Source of the DNA: the human T2T-CHM13v2.0 reference genome, Homo sapiens | DNA length: 64,000 nucleotides | Direction: 5' to 3' (one strand) | NCBI RefSeq assembly: GCF_009914755.1 | Contig: NC_060948.1 | Part shown: in pieces, positions 15,255-26,950 of the stretch | Layout of the letters: the number at the start of each line of letters is the position of its first letter | Numbering within the stretch: the first letter of the stretch is position 1 | The notes under the pieces: generated by a model | Databases searched by the model: none | Told to the model about the DNA's origin: nothing | The model's input: only the letters and a program-made list of their open reading frames with translations | Position numbers and translations under genes: made by a program

Positions 15255-16135
15255 GAGCTGGGCATGGTAGCGGGCACTTGCAGTCTCAGCTTCTCAGGAG
15301 GCTGAGGCAGGACAATTGCTTAAACCCAAATGACTCAGCTATTTCATTACTGGGTATATAGCCCCCCTTCAAAAAAAAGTCATTCTATTCTAATAATAGG
15401 TGCATGTGTATGTGTGTTACAGCACTAATTACAGTAGCAAAGGCATTGAATTACTCAGATGCCCATCAGTAACAGACTGGATAAAGAAAGCATGGCACAT
15501 ATATACCATGAAATAATATGCAGCCAATAAAAGAAGGAGATCATGTTCTCTGAAGGGAGATGGGTGAAGCTGGAAGCCATCATCCTCAGCAAACTAACAC
15601 AGAAATTAAAAACAAAAACAAGCAGTACATGTTCACAATCAACAATGTTCACATTGAACATTAAAGACACATAGACACAGGAAGAGGAGCAGCATTTAAA
15701 AATAAAAAGCTTTCTTTCTGCAGAGGTGAGGTTATAGTAACTTTGAAATGTGTGCTGCGCTTTATTTAGGACATTTTTGTAATTGCAGTTCAGAGTTGCC
15801 ACAAACTGCATTGAAAAGTAAATAAGCAGTATATCTCAATTCTTAATTGATTTAATTTATTTTCTTTTATTTTTATAAAGGAATCTCACATTGTGTCTTT
15901 GGCTGGAGTATAGCAGTGCAATCTTGGCACACTGCAACCCCCTGCTTCCCAGTTTCAAGTGATTATTCTGCCTCAGCTTCTTGATTAGCTGAAATTAAAG
16001 GTGAGCACCACCACACCTGATGGGATTTGACCATATTGGCCAGGCCTGTCTCAAGCTCTTGGCTTCAAGTATGCTCCCTGCCTTCGCCTCCAAAAGTGCT
16101 GAAATTACAGGTATGAGTCACCATGCCTTGTCCTT
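15255..16135. mobile_element. Alu fragment (+), L1P 3' fragment (+, ~15330-15690) and Alu (-, ~15865-16133)
   Basis: gatgcccatcagtaacagactggataaag, gctggaagccatcatcctcagcaaactaacacag; Alu motifs on both sides. Confidence 0.8.
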
Positions 16136-16574
16136 GATTGAATTTCTAATTGAGAAAACATCCATCTTGCAAAAACTTATTTTTATATCATCTTTTTGAT
16201 GACTTTGTTTATATGTCTCATAATTCAAGAAAAATAACGTAATTTTAATGCATTTTCTTTTTTTGAAAATAAATTTACTTCCATTAATGTGTAATTAAAA
16301 GAGTAGGTTAATTTAGAATGTTATTTTTCTTTTGGGTAAAACTCTCAAGTTTTAGAAATTTCTTCAAAAATCTAATTTTGGAAATGAATTACATTTATTG
16401 ATTGTCCTCGGTTTTTTTTAAATGATTTTTCTTTGGAACACAATCCAAAATTGTTTCAAGATATAATGAGATGTTTATGTCAAATAAACATAAAAGTATT
16501 TTCTTGAAAAGACATATTTTTCTTAACATATGTTTTCTACTAATAACATGTGATTTCTTTTTCTAACTTACTAG

Positions 16575-16795
16575 GAATTAATTGATGTTGTTCTCTTCCC
16601 TGCATCAAGTTTAACTGTAGTATTTAAGAAGTAAAGAACTGCCAGCAGAGCCAGCTCTTCCAGTCTGTAGCTCTACCATTGCCATCAATCCTGGTTTTGA
16701 TCTACTTGTGGCACTAGCTATGGGCTGTGGAAAGAACCTCAGAAAGATAGTAGACTGATTGAATGCAATATATTACATAGACAAAGCAGTAACTA
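16575..16795 (+). pseudogene. USP9Y: USP9Y/USP9X-like pseudogene exon (just before the catalytic domain)
   Basis: [51 protein letters not shown] versus recalled USP9X [51 protein letters not shown]; ag/gtgagt boundaries; stop and frameshift present. Confidence 0.93.
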
Positions 16796-17564
16796 GTGAG
16801 TTTTTAAATTATAAAGCTGTTTTTCTTCATTAATAATAGTTTACTTTGAAAGTAATTCAATGAAACCCACTTTCATAATACGAGAAGAGAACTTTGGGGT
16901 GCATTGTATTACTTCTAAATATCCACGTCAGTACAGCAAAGTAAGTAGCAATGTTCAAATCTTACATGGAACTGAAACTCAGGGTGGGAGGTAATATAAG
17001 TAAATTAACAAATGATAACAAAATTTAGTTTATTTCAAGAGAAAACTGAGGTTTTAGAATACAATTAACAACAGCATTCTGTACATAACTTTAATTGATA
17101 AATGTGAAATTATATTTATGTTTTTCTCTGTGTGAGCATATTTTCTAGCACATTGTAGGAGTTTTGTACTAAACTCACTGCTTAAAAGATCAGATCTTTA
17201 TTTGTCTTGTGGCAACCATGTAGAGAGAAGAGTTTTCTTTTTAAAAACACTTTGTATGTTAATTTATTTAACAATTGAATTGACATAGTTATATGTATAT
17301 TCAAAAGAGGTTTTTTTAAACAAATACTTTCCTTTTTAAACAAACAGATGTTATGTCATTAAAATATGGACCTAAAGGGTCTGAAGTTAAAAATCTATAA
17401 TAGTCACTTGATTTGTTGTTAATATAAAAATCTAAAGTACTCTTTCAAAACGGCAGTGTTGATAAATGAGTTGTTGTTAATATTAATTTGTCACTTGACG
17501 GAAAGAAGAGTAGGCAGAGTTATTATTTTCATAGTACAAGCACTATTTTTTCTTGTTATCTCAG

Positions 17565-17683
17565 GTTGTGAAGCACTTTTTCAGGGGGAATATCTGCACT
17601 CTGTTAGATCTCACCCACCAGAAATATTTGTGGGACTCAAACTGCTGGTGCCACCTATCACATGAATTTTGTGATCCAGCAGC

Positions 17684-17780
<97 letters not shown>

Positions 17781-17864
17781 CACTGGAAGCAGTGTTCTCG
17801 CAATTGAATGCATAGGTAAAAATATAGACAATGATTTTTTGAAGATGAGAAGCAGAACGGTGAG
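17565..17864 (+). pseudogene. USP9Y: USP9Y/USP9X-like pseudogene exon containing the degenerate Cys box
   Basis: CEAL..EYL..HPPEIFVGLK / AGATYHMNFVIQQLY...VLAIE...EDEKQNGE versus [35 protein letters not shown]...ILAIE..DEKQDNE; cag/gtaaat boundaries. Confidence 0.93.
17686..17778. repeat. Compound (CA)n(TA)n microsatellite inside the USP9-like exon
   Basis: Directly visible. Confidence 0.97.
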
Positions 17865-18429
17865 GTAAATTCTAATTATTAATTTCTGTTACTGTGTTTG
17901 AAGATTCTGATAGCAGCTACTCTTTTGTCTCTGAAATTATTGTGCTTTAAAATAATCATGTAGGAAGTATGTTTTCATAATATAGCTAAAATCTCTGAGA
18001 TACTATAACTGACATATTTATATTATTTGCATTTCAGAAGCTGTGCTTATTTTTAAAATTCTCTCTATATTTTTCCCAAATGAAAGCTTTTTCTGCTAAA
18101 GAAACAAATTTGTTCTTCATATTATGCTATGTGAATTTGTAAAAAATATTAGTTAAGAATTATGATCACACTGCCTATGAAAAGTATTCATTTTATAATA
18201 AAGCGTAAAGAAGTTAGGTCAGCAGATCACCTATTTAGGATATACCTCCAAATAAGTGAACATGGAATACATAAATTTTGGTAATGTTTATGCTCAAGCC
18301 CTTTATTATTATTATTTTACTTTTTGTATAGATATCGACAGAAGGTAAATTTAAAAATCAGTCTAGTTTAACTGTAGTAAATGGTTTTCCTATAATTCTT
18401 CATTTTTTCCTTTCAGTGGGCAGAAATAG

Positions 18430-18785
<356 letters not shown>

Positions 18786-19765
18786 CACACACTTTCTTTC
18801 TCTTTCCTAGACGCAGTAAATTGTATCATCCATGCATCGCAGTCAGGGTAGCTTTACTTTTAGCAGAATCTTCATATAGGATATTCACCAATACTTGGTT
18901 AACAGCCACTATTGGAAGAAAAATTGGAATGTAAGTTCTGGTACCATAGTCCGTGTTACCCCTAGGGTGTTGAATTTAACACATATAGAGATGGCTACTC
19001 ACAACAGCAAGAAGCAATAGAAACAGAATATAAAATTTCAAATTACATATCTTACCTTTGTACTTGGTTGCTTGTGATTTATGTTGTCTCAGCACTGTAC
19101 TGTGGCATGTATATCTGCCTTTTTCCTTTTTCTATGCAATGAGCTTCTCCAGGGCAGGAACTGGGCATTGTTTATTTCTTCATCACAAACCTAAGACACA
19201 ATGAAAAGCATACAGAAACCTCTCAGACACTTGTAAACCAACTGTATTTTGCTCTATGGCTACAATCATGTTTTGATTTTAGAGCTTCTGTCTATGCTCT
19301 CATTCCTTCCACAACTACGGTTAATAGGCATATTTATTGAGTCTTAATAATACTGATCTCCTCAAGTAAATAATCTTATGTAATTTGGAAAATGCATTAT
19401 TCTCAAAAAAGATACTGAATCCATCTTACAAACCCTATGTAACGTATTCCCCCAAAGTAGAAGAGGACTCATTTGTCTTCACTCCTGCATACTTGACAAA
19501 ATTTTACTATTTTATATTACCTGCAGTGTATGTTATTTCTTTGCTACTCTTTTATGATAACTTCTCCGTGAACCCAGTTATAACAGTTCATGTTTCAAAT
19601 AAGCAATAATAGTAAAAAATAAAAAGTAAATAAAGTGCTTTTAAAATTAAGAGTATAAAAATGTATTTCATTTTATTCAGTAACTTTTGGTATTTGTTTC
19701 AACTTTTTTCCTTATATTTATAAAGTTAAACTAGTGCATTACTGATTTTTTTTTTTTTTTTTTGG

Positions 19766-19969
19766 TCTTTAATGTTGATCCCCAAGATAATTTACTAGAA
19801 TATTTTTATTAATTTGAAGACAAACCAGAGTTAAGTAAGACAGGAGATAGAAAATCGTACAATATTAATGTCCTAGGACACCTTCAAGACATCTTTGTTC
19901 ATTTAGCCGTTTTCAAACTGCAATCCTATGTACCCAGAGAGTTTTGGCAACAGTTAAGAGAAATTTTAG
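19766..19969 (+). pseudogene. USP9Y: USP9Y/USP9X-like pseudogene exon (catalytic domain)
   Basis: [53 protein letters not shown] versus [53 protein letters not shown]; in-frame stop; acceptor AG lost. Confidence 0.93.
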
Positions 19970-20084
19970 GTGAGTGCTTATTTCAGTTGTATAAAAACCT
20001 CAATACATTAACTAAACATTAGTCAGAAAAAAGCCTTCATTTAAAGGACAAGTATTAAGTGAAACTAGCCAAAAAATATAAAGG

Positions 20085-20495
20085 ACAAGGATTGCATGTT
20101 TTTATTCATATCTCAGAAATAACAAATTTCATCTCATGGAGGTAGAGAATAGCATGACATATTATTACAGGCTGTGAAAGACATTGAGCAAACAAATAAG
20201 TGAGCTAGTTAATGTGTAAAAAATAAAGTTAGAAGGAATAGGTCCTAAAGTTTGATTGTATAGAAGGGAGACTATAGGTATGAATAACTTATTACAGATT
20301 TCAAAATAACTAGAAGTTTAGATTTGGAAAGTTCTTGAAACAAATATGTCATATATGTCTGAAATGACTAATATACCAATTACCAATAAGCCATTTAAAA
20401 ATTTGCTCATTGCTCATTGTGTGCATGTATCAAAATAATAGTTCTACTTTGTAAATAGGTAAAATTATAATGCATCAATTTAAAGAAACAATAAA
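20085..20495 (+). mobile_element. L1MA-like 3' end
   Basis: atctcatggaggtagagaatag, tttcaaaataactagaag, catgtatcaaaat, A-rich end. Confidence 0.8.
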
Positions 20496-20519
20496 TAATG
20501 GTCTATTTAAATAAGAAAT

Positions 20520-21900
20520 TTCACTAAAGCTGTCCACTTCTGAATTGTAAAAAGCTCTTTCTCTCCACACGTTGGGGCTTTGTGATCCAAATTCTGATTT
20601 TAGAAGTACTGGCACATGTTCTTGGGCAGACTAAGGTGATGAGAGAAAACCCACACATGCCCCTCTTCAGCATTAGCTGGAAATTGTGGTCCAGGGCACT
20701 CCTGGATGCCATGAAATAATACGTGCCATTGGAAAGATAATTACTAGCTTGCCTTGCCTGCTTCTTTGACTGAAGACCATAAAATAATTATAAAACTTGC
20801 AACACCTATAACGTGTTGGGCAAAGTAAGGAAACAGTCTAATGAGGAAGTGCTCAGAACACTTCCAAGATAACATAAAAAATGGCTTTATAGGAGAAAAA
20901 CGTTACCAGGGAAGTGCAAGGAGTTGCTCATCCTGTTCAAGAGCAGGTAGTAGGGAATTTTCTAGCATGTAGTCTGGAACCACCTCAGGAATTACTGGAT
21001 CCCACTGTCACATGGGCAATGCCCTTTGAAGAGCTCCCTATTGACAACAACAACCTGCTTGGTTGATGAATGGCCGTTTCAAGGTGGATGAACAATGTCC
21101 TGTTGGCAGGCTTTCACAGAGACCAGAAATAAAAAGACCAATTGAAGATGGAATGAGCAAATTACCTCAATGATTGAACTGCATGCTGTTTTTTTTCTTT
21201 TTAAATAAAGGATTAAAAACATTAAACCATGATTTATAAAGGCAATTGTTTGAATTCATGAGTAGTAAATAGTAATCAACGTCCTGGCCATGTGAACAAT
21301 AGAAAACTGGACTTTCAAACAGAAGCCTGTATGTGACACATGGACTTTCAATGGGCTGAGTCACATCCTGGCATCTTCTTAATAGTACAAATTTAAGGGG
21401 TACATTAAAAAAGGACATGTTGGTTCCCATTTGAAGAATCCTCTCCAGGATGATTGGAAGGTGATTAGAACCAGGACATCATGATGTATTCACTTGAGAT
21501 GGCAACCTTATAGAGGTGCAGCAGTAAAGCAGGAATAGAATTAATCTACACTTATTTCTTTTGTACTCTTTAAGGAACAGAAATTCCCAAATCTAAGTCT
21601 AGGCCTGGAGAGAAATGTAGACTGCAAATAACAATAGGCCAAATAGGAAGGCCCATGACATAGTTGGATTACAATGTACCAATATCAGTAGCCCTGATAG
21701 TGTATTTATAGGTCTTGACTAATGTAGACTGCATTTGGCATTCATAATGTTCAATGCTAATGTTTACATACTATAAAAAGATAAAAACATAGTATATTCT
21801 AACCAGTTCAAACAAACGAATTGCTGTTCCTCACACTGTGCAACACACTTCATATCCTATTGTTTCCAACAATGGGCATAGAGATATTATATTGAATGAA
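20520..21900 (+). mobile_element. Degenerate ERVL-like pol fragment (RT connection, RNase H, integrase start)
   Basis: Decayed frames resembling WSR.LPDA..Y.PLE..LLAC (20685-20755), ELHAVF (21177-21195), GHV..H.KNPL (21415-21445) and DY..P..VAL..VLT.VD (21670-21730). Confidence 0.6.
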
Positions 21901-22505
21901 AAAAATTGTATGAATTATTTAAAATCGGAAGGAGCTTATATCTTCAGTAAACCCTACCTCTAACAACAAACACTTTAAAATAACATAGAAATAAACTACG
22001 AGCCTTACTGCTTTCAAGGAAAATTGTGACTGGGTAGCAAAGCAGTCAGAAATCTTGGCACACTGGTAATTCAAAATACTGTGGATTCTGATAATATGCA
22101 CTTCACTGGAATTAGATGAAGCCATGTTTTAAAAGCATCACAAGCATCACTTAGTAAATTCTATCACAAAAGTGCCCCAGTCCAAAAAAAAAAAAAAAAA
22201 TACAGTCTACCATGCTCCACACATTGTGACATATGAAAAGTGTTCATGTTGGTTTTAATATTTTAGAATTTCTATTAAACATATGGCAATATTCCTTATC
22301 TCAACAAGAAATTAAACTATATTAAAGGTGAAGAACGTGTAGAATTATAATCTGCTTGTTTTTTACATTTTTCTGGTTTTAAAAAATAAGGTTTCTGAGC
22401 AATAAAGCTGTTACTCTGGGTGATTCCATCCCTTGGCTACATGAACTTGGTGAGAAGTCATGCTAAATGTTACAGCACAAGAAAACCTTTCAAATGATTA
22501 ACTTA

Positions 22506-23003
22506 GCCAGGTGCCATGGCTCACCACCTGTAATACCAGCACTTTGAGAGTCCAAGGCAGGTGGATCACGAGGTCAGGAGATCCAGACCACCCTGGCTGA
22601 CAAGGGGAAACCCTGTCTCTACCAAAAATACAAAATTAGCCACACGTGGTTGTGCATGCCTGTAATCCTAGCTACTTGGGAGGCTGAGGCAGGAGAACCG
22701 CTTGAACTCATGGGGTGGAAGTTGTAGTGAGCCAAGATCGCAAACATTGCAGTACAGCCCATGCAACAAGAGTGAAACTGCATCAGAAAAAAAGAAGGAA
22801 AGGAAGAAAGGAAGAAAGAAAGTAAGAAAGAAAGAAAGAAAGAAAGAAAAGAAAGAAAGAAGAGAGAGAGAATGAGGAAAAGAAAAGAAAAAGAAAAGAA
22901 AGAAAGAAGAAAGGAAGGAAAAGAAGGAAAGAAAGAAAGGAAAAGAAAGAAAGAAAGAGAGAAAGAAAGGAAGAAACAAAGAAAGACAGAAAGAAAGAGA
23001 AAA
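22506..23003 (+). mobile_element. Alu (S-like) with a long (GAAA)-rich tail (22786-23003)
   Basis: gccaggtgccatggctcac...gatcacgaggtcaggagatc...agtgaaactgcatc, then a purine tract. Confidence 0.92.
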
Positions 23004-23472
23004 GTGCATTACTCACGTCGTGTCTAGTCTTCCCATAATATTTTAATAAAAATATTTGTTTTAACTTAGAAGTGCTCAGAAATGGTTTTTATTTATATTT
23101 TTGGTCAGTATTTGTTTTTTGGTAAATTTTGTATGAAAACTCGTAAAATTGTTAATTTTTACTGTCACTGGATTTTGAGAGAGATTAAATAAATTACTTT
23201 ATGATCTTATTGAAATATGACACATTTTTATGAACTAGGACAAGGTAGTACCTAATTACAAACAAAATATCAAAAGGGTAAAATAAAACATGACCCCACT
23301 TGAAGCATTCTTCTTCTGATCATCTTGCCAAAGCTGCCCTAGATAATGTTTTTCTTAATTTACAGTCACAGCTGATACGTTACAAAATATGTAAGAAAAT
23401 AATAATTGAAAACCACGTAAGTAAAGATGAAAATGAGTTCAAAAAAGAAAAATAAAAACTTTATTTATTTAC

Positions 23473-23574
23473 CTATTGATACATAAAGCCTGTTGGATGA
23501 GGATATAATGGAGCATATTCTGTTGGAGAGGACTTATGCTCATCTAAGGCATCTTTGTCATCTGGCTTCAAATT
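23473..23574 (-). pseudogene. USP9Y: USP9-like penultimate coding exon
   Basis: [31 protein letters not shown] versus [32 protein letters not shown]; followed by GTAAAT. Confidence 0.88.
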
Positions 23575-24124
23575 CTAAATATTTAAAAAGACTGATTTAT
23601 TTGATTATAAAAGTAACTTTGTACCTTATATTTAATTTTCTTCATTTAGAATAAACGTTAAGAAGTGCAAAAAAGCTGGCATCTTTAATATGTTTGCAAT
23701 GCCTGCAAATGATTTGTAATACAGGGAAAAATATGAATTATTTTAGCTACATAATTTCTAGACCATTTCACACAAGTCATTTCCAAAAGGAAATACTTTC
23801 TAAGACCAAACAAACCAATGCTAACCATTTAATAAAATAAATATTTTTAAGGGCAATATTAATACATAAACATTGGCTTACACATTTAAAAATTATTTCT
23901 CTTTTTCCCAGATTTATCTGCTGCCCTTTGGGGGCTTCCCCCTGCCCACTCATCCAAAGTTTGAAAGCTTTTGTAAGTGTCATCCTAGCACTATTTGATC
24001 TTTCTAAGAAATAAACATTTGATGTTTTATTTTTGTGTACTGGAGGAGACCATTTTTTAGACACATGGAATTGTTTCCAGTATATGGTCTTCTTTCAAGT
24101 TTCTATATCCACTAAACGAGTCAA

Positions 24125-24198
24125 TTTTCTTTCTTTCCTTTCCTTTCCTTTCCTTTCCTTTCCTTTCCTTTCCTTTCCTTTCCTTTCCTTTTCTTTTT
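24125..24198. repeat. (TTTCC)n pentanucleotide repeat, the derived A-rich tail of the U1 retrocopy
   Basis: Directly visible, immediately 3' of the U1 copy on minus. Confidence 0.9.
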
Positions 24199-24199
24199 C

Positions 24200-24362
24200 C
24201 ACGTGAAAGTGCAAACACAGTCATTACTTCCACAAATTATGCAGTTGAGTTTCCCACACTTGGGGAAATCGTAGGAGTCAGCACATCCAGAATGCAATAG
24301 ATCAGCCTTGCCCTGGGAAAGCCACCTTCATGATCACAGTATCTCCCCTGGCAGAGAAGTAT
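24200..24362 (-). pseudogene. RNU1: U1 snRNA retropseudogene, full length
   Basis: Minus strand reads ATACTTCTCTGCCAGGGGAGATACTGTGATCATGAAGGTGGCTTTCCCAGGGCAAGGC...TTTCCCCAAGTGTGGGAAACTCAACTGCATAATTTGTGG, colinear with U1 including the Sm site. Confidence 0.96.
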
Positions 24363-24525
24363 CCATTTTCTTTTTAAGACTTCCATTATCCTTTGAAAGA
24401 AAATACAACTATAAATATAATAGAATTTAGAATAATTTTCAGTATGATTTCAATCATCCATGATTATCATCTTCTAAAAAAAACTTCTTGATTCTGACAC
24501 AGGCTTCTACAAAATTGTAAGAAAA

Positions 24526-24680
24526 AATGCTATGGTAAACAATGAAACAGCTGCTAAATAAAGCTACCATACATTTTATGCACTGATATGCTCATTTCTG
24601 ATAGTGACTCTCAGAGCGTTCTGTTATATCTAACAGCCATCATCGGTCTTCTGGAATTTTATTGTGCTCACTATGAGCTT
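24526..24680 (-). pseudogene. USP9Y: USP9-like exon
   Basis: [35 protein letters not shown] versus [37 protein letters not shown]; two stops. Confidence 0.9.
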
Positions 24681-25034
24681 TAAAAGTAAACAGATGAAAA
24701 GAATTTGTAATATCAAGTAGTAGCTAATATTTTATTGCCTAATATATGTCATTCAGAACAAGTTTTTGAGGTAAACTAATTAATATCAGAGTTAGTTTCC
24801 TAAGCAGGTAGCATTAGTAAATCCATTTAACAAATAAAAAAACTAATTACATTTAGGAGAAATACTTTGCAAAATACTACAGATTTAGCCAGTTGAGGAG
24901 CTAGCTAGCAATCTGACTCAAACATCTGACCTCTTGGCATATTACCAGTTTAAAACGTTTTGGCTAAATATGCTATCTATGCATTACTACAAGTGAATTA
25001 AAAACAGCAATGCTATATTACTTTTTATAGTTCT

Positions 25035-25195
25035 ATTTTTTATTCAGATTATGCTCTGTGGCCCAGGCTGGACTGCAGTGGCATGATGATAGCACATAGC
25101 TCAATCAGTCCTCACACTCCAGGGTTCAAGTAATATACTCCTGCCTCATCCTTCCAACTACTTGGGATTACAGAAATGAACCACCATATCCAAAT
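25035..25195 (-). mobile_element. AluJ/FRAM-like monomer
   Basis: gctctgtggcccaggctggactgcagtggcatgat. Confidence 0.75.
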
Positions 25196-26694
25196 CTCCT
25201 CATTATTTTCACTAAAGATAATTAGACTTTTAAGACTACCTTTAAAAAAAATAAAAAACTTACTTGATATTCACTAATTGTTCAGAGACAACATTTTAGA
25301 ATGTAAAGCAAGAATCCCAAGATTATAAAACAGGGATATAAATTGGCAGTACAGAATAGATTTCAATTCTAATAGTATAAGAGCACACTCATGATAGGTA
25401 AAGCAACTTACAATGGCAATAATAAAAGTTGCCCGATTTGCTAATGATCAGTCATTTTGTTTCAGGGCTAGCTAATTTACAACATATTTACACTGCCAAC
25501 TGTCTGCTATTCTTAGGAGTCCAATCTAAAATTGCAAAAAAAATATGACTTCTGTCTTTTTTGTCATTACCAGGACAGATGAATAAAATTGTTTTTTCTT
25601 CTCTCTGCCATGTATCTTACTTTATATAATAAGAATATATTCCAAGTCAAAGACCAGGCTTTTTGTTTTTGCCATGGGAGCATTTATAATATAAATTTCT
25701 TTTGAAAAAGGTGATTTTTGTAATCTAATTATTTCAGTAAAGAATAACATGGATAGGCTTCTTGTAACACTTACAGTACACATTTAATTATCTCATTCTC
25801 TTAAAAATTATAATAAAGTGAAAATCATTTCATCTGCCACATTATCAATAGTATCAAATGTTTTCATGTGCAATTTGGATTAATATTATCTTTGCCTATA
25901 TTTTTATCTGCCACCTTGAACAGTGGTTGGTACATAGCACTTGTTGATATATATCTGTTGAATACCACTTATTGAATAGACTAAATATTCGTCACACAGT
26001 ACATTTCAAGCTAATCTTAATAAGGAGAATAATAAATTCCTACATCAAACCCACATTAATCCACAACCACTATTTTACACATTAACCCAACATGGATACC
26101 TTTACTGTAATCACTTCCTTGGATGAGATGAGGCTAAGATGTGATTTAGCCTTACTTTAGAGCAAATACAAGAAGTCACACAGTAAACAATATATGACAA
26201 CAAACTATTTTCAAAATGGTATAAATTAAATCCCATTGATAGGAACTATTAATGTCATTCTACTACATTAATTAATCTGCTTGAAATCTATGATAGTGGA
26301 CCAAAGAACAATTAGAACATTTTAATTCTTAAATTCTAATATTTTCAGTTCTTTAAAATTTAAGATTATCATTTGCTTTTAATCATTGTGTTCTACAGCT
26401 TTATAATAACTTTATTAGGTTTTCAGTGTGCTTATTATGATGTCTATTCAGTGAAAATTGTGTGTGTTTTTGTGTGTGTGGGCATGTGTGTATAGAGTTT
26501 CCAGATATATAATATGATTGTTTCTAGAATCCTATAACAATAAAACTTTGCATTTCCTGGCGGAGTTGTGCAGCTAATTCTGGTGCAATTCTTAGGCTTA
26601 TTTTAAAGCAAATGACACAACTAAGAATACTGGAAGAATGCTAAGGATCTGTTTTTAGCATAAGCACAGTTTTTTAAAATTATGATTTTTCTCA

Positions 26695-26950
26695 AAACCA
26701 GGCTGGTCAAGACGGTGAAACCCCATCTCTTTTAAACATTAGCCAACTGTGGTGGCAGGCGCTTGTAATCCCAGCTACGCAGGACGCTGACCCAGAGAAT
26801 TGCTTGAACCCAGGCGGCAGAGGTTTCAGCGAGCCGAGATTGTCCTCCTGCACTCCAGCCCGGGTGACAGAACGAGACTCTCTCCCAAAAAAAAAAAAAA
26901 AAAAAAAAAAAAGAAAAAGAAAAAAAGAAAAAGAAAAAGAAAAAGAAAGA
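26695..26950 (+). mobile_element. 5'-truncated Alu with a long A-rich tail
   Basis: ggtgaaaccccatctc...tgtaatcccagctac...ctgcactccagcc, then poly-A/(GAAAAA)n. Confidence 0.9.

Larger units (their letters stand above)
23882..24390 (-). pseudogene. USP9Y: USP9-like C-terminal exon split by a U1 retrocopy
   Basis: Acceptor TTTCAAAG|GATAATGGAAGTCTTAAA (DNGSLK versus GNGDLK). After the insert: LERRPYTGN and [29 protein letters not shown] versus [29 protein letters not shown]. The 3' boundary is uncertain. Confidence 0.9.

Noticed and set aside
21919-22125. Minus-strand ORF with faint USP9 resemblance and a GTAAGG donor
   Set aside because: Similarity is too weak at the nucleotide level and the position is out of exon order
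22668-23016. Phe/Leu/Ser-rich ORFs resembling membrane proteins
   Set aside because: Translation of the (GAAA)n Alu tail
24200-24362. Functional U1 gene
   Set aside because: Altered 5' recognition sequence, many substitutions, A-rich tail and TSD; the upstream DNA is a USP9-like exon, not an snRNA promoter
26520-26680. Possible ELOC/TCEB1 pseudogene fragment
   Set aside because: Only a ~15-nt resemblance, with no extendable homology
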